Assembly: GCA_003559575.1 (NCBI GenBank)
Contig: PWKZ01000080.1
Location: 1-52,652 of the forward strand
Reading direction: 5' to 3'
Length of the DNA stretch: 52,652 bases
Source: Bradymonadales bacterium
GTDB taxonomy: Bacteria > Myxococcota_A > UBA9042 > PWKZ01
The position numbers and the translations under genes are program-made. Position 1 is the stretch's first letter. Each line of letters starts with the position of its first letter. Under the pieces are notes generated by a model, which did not search any database, was not told the DNA's origin, and saw only the letters and a program-made list of their open reading frames with translations. Below, in pieces: positions 50,090-52,652 of the stretch.

Positions 50090-52512
50090 GCGCTCCCACC
50101 GTGGAACACGACGCGGCCCCCGCCGCGAAGCTCCCCGAGCTACCCTTGCTCGAAGAGGATATGACCCGAATCGACGTCCACCGCCCCGAGCCGCGCGAGT
50201 GGCTGGTGCGACTGCTCATATTGCTTCTCGGTGTCGTCCTGTATCTCCCGCACCTCGGCGGGTTCGGGCTCTGGGATCCGTGGGAGACCCACTACGGCGA
50301 GGTCACCCGCAACATGATCGAGACTTATGACTGGATCGCGCCGTGGTGGGGCTTCAAGGAGCAGATTGGCACCGAGCGGATCAACGGCGATTGGTTTTTC
50401 TCCAAACCAATCTACACCTTCTGGGCGGAGGCGGTCTCGGCCCGCATCTTCGGGCTGTCCGACTTTGCGATAAGATTGCCCATCGCGCTCCTCGCCATTG
50501 CAGCGGTGTTCGGGGTGTACTTCACCTTCTCGCGCATCGTCGGCCGCAAAATGGGTGTCTTGGCGGCCGTGGTGATGGCCACCTCACCGCAGTTTTTCTT
50601 CATCGCGCGCCAGGCCCAGACCGACATGCCGTTCGTGGCCACGATGGTGCTCGCGATGTGCGCCTTCATCCTGGGAGTCTTCGGCCCGCGCCGGGCCATC
50701 AGCGACGTCCAGTTCCGGTGGCGCGCCGTGGCCTTCCTCGCGTTCTTGCTGCTGTCAATCGTGCCTCAGCTCATGATGCTCGCCACCGACCTCTCGCGCG
50801 ACGTCTCGGCCAGCCTCCCTCCCATGCAGCGTCTCTGGATGACCATTCGTGGCAATGGGATCTATCACGCGCTGATTTATGGCGCGGTGCTGGTGCCGGT
50901 GCTGCTGGCCATCATTGTGCCGCTGGTGCGCGAGACGCGCGCCTCGCGCGGCGTGGGCCTGAGCGACGAGCTCAAAGACCGCGCGCTACGTCGTTTCTAC
51001 ATCCTGGCGTTCTACATCTTGTTGGCCCACTCGACCCTGGCCAAGGGGCTGCTCGGCTTCCTGCTGCCCGGGTTCATCATCGGCGTCTTTCTGCTCTTGA
51101 CGCGACCCGGGCTGGCGGGGCGTCTGCTGCTGTTCTTCTCATTCCCACCGGTGACCTGGCCCGTACTACGTTCCATGCCCAAGTATCGCCCCGCAATGCG
51201 TTTCGAGCCGATCCTGGGGTTCATGTTGTTCTTGCTCACGGCGCTGCCCTGGTATCTCGCAATGTTCGCGCGCTTCGGCCGTGCTTACTACAACCGCTTC
51301 TTCATCCACGATCACTTCAATCGCCTCGAGTCGGGCGTTCATCAGATCGACACCGGAACATTCGAGCACTTCATCAAGTGGCTCGGTTATGGTGTCTTCC
51401 CTTGGGTGGCGTTTGTGCCGTTCGTGCTGCTCGGGCTGGCGCGCCTCCGCCTCTCGGATTGGCGCCCCAAGAACCAGTTGCGTCTGTTGTTGGTGTTGTG
51501 GACGTTTCTGTCATACGCGCTCTTTACACTGTCCGCCACAAAGTTTCATCACTACATCTTCCCGGCTCTGCCGCCGCTCGCGGTTCTCACGGGCTGGTTT
51601 CTTTTTGAGGCGCTCGCGGACCGTTCGCGGCGTATGCGTGTCGCGGCGGTGGTGGGCGGTGTGTTGCTCCTGGCCATCGCTTGGGATATCCACGAGGAGC
51701 CGCAGCAACTTCGCAACCTCATGACGTACCAGTATGAGCGGCCGCTGCCCGCTCACTTGCCGATCGATCCCGATGCCCCGATCTCAGCCTCCAACCCCGA
51801 TCCTTGGCGCGAGTCCACCTTCTTCAAGCACACCAGCGCGTCATTGCACTGGATACTGGCGCAGCCGTGGTTGCGCTACGAGACCTTCATTCGGTTTGTT
51901 TCGGTGGTGGCGCTGTTGGGGTTTTTGCTCTTCTTTTTCGTGCGCACCCGCGGCCCGGGTGTGGTGGTGGTCTCGCTTGCCGGGGTGCTACTGTGCCTCT
52001 GGAGCCTCAACTATTATATGCCGACTCTGTCGCCGCACTGGTCCCAAAAATACCTCTTCGAGGCCTATTACGAGGACTGCGAGCTACTCGAGAACCCACG
52101 GGAGATCGATGAGGCCTACACCCCGCTGATCTCTCGGATCGGCCTCGAGGGTCTGTTCAAGAGGCTCGGCGGCAACCGTAAGAGGGTCTGCCGGGAAGAC
52201 GTGATCTCATGGTTGCTGACCTGGCGCGGTGAGACTTACTACTCCTACAACGAGATTCGCCCCATCAACCGCGAGGCGACGCAGTTCGAGGCCTATCTCC
52301 GTGAGCACAACCGGGGGCAGCCGTTCTATCTGTTCATCGAACGCGGGCGGGTCGGTGGCATGGAGGCGCGTCTCAACAACTACACCCGCACCCTCAAGGG
52401 CAAAGATGTGCCCGAGTTCATGGAGATCGACTCGTGGGTGGTCGAGACGGTGCATGATGAAAATCAGTACTTCGTTTTGGCCAAGGCGACCCCAAACCGG
52501 AGGTCGCTCTGA
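50041..52512 (+). CDS. GT39/ArnT-PMT-like phospholipid-carrier-dependent glycosyltransferase
   Basis: LPHLGGFGLWDPWETHYGEVTRNMIETYDWIAPWW resembles the first-loop signature of GT39/ArnT-type enzymes. More than 12 TM segments and a soluble C-terminal domain. ATG at 50041 overlaps the upstream gene by 49 nt. Alternative ATG at 50161 (MTRIDVHRPEPREW). Confidence 0.7.
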   Translation: MADPTTDKQTAEPPLVSAPTVEHDAAPAAKLPELPLLEEDMTRIDVHRPEPREWLVRLLILLLGVVLYLPHLGGFGLWDPWETHYGEVTRNMIETYDWIAPWWGFKEQIGTERINGDWFFSKPIYTFWAEAVSARIFGLSDFAIRLPIALLAIAAVFGVYFTFSRIVGRKMGVLAAVVMATSPQFFFIARQAQTDMPFVATMVLAMCAFILGVFGPRRAISDVQFRWRAVAFLAFLLLSIVPQLMMLATDLSRDVSASLPPMQRLWMTIRGNGIYHALIYGAVLVPVLLAIIVPLVRETRASRGVGLSDELKDRALRRFYILAFYILLAHSTLAKGLLGFLLPGFIIGVFLLLTRPGLAGRLLLFFSFPPVTWPVLRSMPKYRPAMRFEPILGFMLFLLTALPWYLAMFARFGRAYYNRFFIHDHFNRLESGVHQIDTGTFEHFIKWLGYGVFPWVAFVPFVLLGLARLRLSDWRPKNQLRLLLVLWTFLSYALFTLSATKFHHYIFPALPPLAVLTGWFLFEALADRSRRMRVAAVVGGVLLLAIAWDIHEEPQQLRNLMTYQYERPLPAHLPIDPDAPISASNPDPWRESTFFKHTSASLHWILAQPWLRYETFIRFVSVVALLGFLLFFFVRTRGPGVVVVSLAGVLLCLWSLNYYMPTLSPHWSQKYLFEAYYEDCELLENPREIDEAYTPLISRIGLEGLFKRLGGNRKRVCREDVISWLLTWRGETYYSYNEIRPINREATQFEAYLREHNRGQPFYLFIERGRVGGMEARLNNYTRTLKGKDVPEFMEIDSWVVETVHDENQYFVLAKATPNRRSL

Positions 52513-52531
52513 AGGGCCAAATTAGGCTTGA

Positions 52532-52652
52532 CCATAATCGTCGGTTCGTTCTGAGGAGCGAGCGTGTGGAGGCGCGTGCATGTGCAAGGAAGCAAGCCGA
52601 ATTAGGCGGAGGCGTAGCAGCGCTACGTCGAGCACTAATTCGGTGCAGGTGA
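52532..52652 (+). repeat. Palindromic intergenic repeat, subfamily 1, copy C (right part cut by window edge)
   Basis: Starts with CCATAATCGTCGG 19 nt after the GT39 stop and continues TTCGTTCTGAGGAGCGAGCG.GTGGAGGCGCGT.CATGTGCAAGGAA.CAAGCCGAATTAGG..., as in copy B. Confidence 0.88.

Overview
This is a high-GC (roughly 60-65 % by eye) bacterial chromosomal window. The gene content suggests a Myxococcota/Bradymonadota-like organism: CDDG(D/N)PCT cysteine-rich-repeat lipoproteins, PEGA, FGE-sulfatase and DUF2723 proteins, and a FrzS/AglZ-like pseudo-receiver coiled-coil protein. That taxonomic call is inference only. I can support about 31 protein-coding genes and one tRNA-Ala(CGC). I see no rRNA, CRISPR array, transposase, integrase or phage structural genes. 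The coding content is dominated by cell-envelope functions. At least 8 genes carry lipoprotein signal peptides, 4 encode GT-C-like polytopic membrane proteins, and several others look like peptidoglycan- or lipid-acting enzymes. All family calls rest on motifs read by eye, because no BLAST or HMM search could be run. Many track ORFs start too far upstream, so I re-placed starts using signal peptides and Shine-Dalgarno-like sequences. The most notable observations are these. (1) An unnamed family of about 178-bp imperfect-palindrome intergenic repeats has six copies plus a solo terminus next to the tRNA. It splits into two subfamilies whose stems differ by compensatory changes, and both window edges fall inside copies. 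(2) A six-gene co-directional cluster encodes a signal-less LysM/HExxH protein, a HEAT protein, an AAA+ ATPase, a PD40/CxxCH lipoprotein, an SGNH hydrolase and a GT-C membrane protein. Its PD40/CxxCH gene is one of an inverted pair of paralogues that encloses the cluster's distal half (SGNH, GT-C) together with a tandem-RidA gene. (3) A FrzS/AglZ-like protein carries a hexanucleotide-encoded (PE)n tract and lies in a tightly spaced co-directional run between a radical SAM gene and a polytopic membrane gene. (4) A group of lipid-acting genes includes a PlsC-hydrolase fusion, FadD, a ceramidase-like lipoprotein and a GDPD-like protein. (5) Two tandem giant cysteine-rich-repeat lipoproteins sit side by side. 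(6) An M74 murein endopeptidase-HEAT fusion is translationally coupled to a beta-propeller lipoprotein. (7) DUF2723 and GT39 glycosyltransferase genes lie in tandem.
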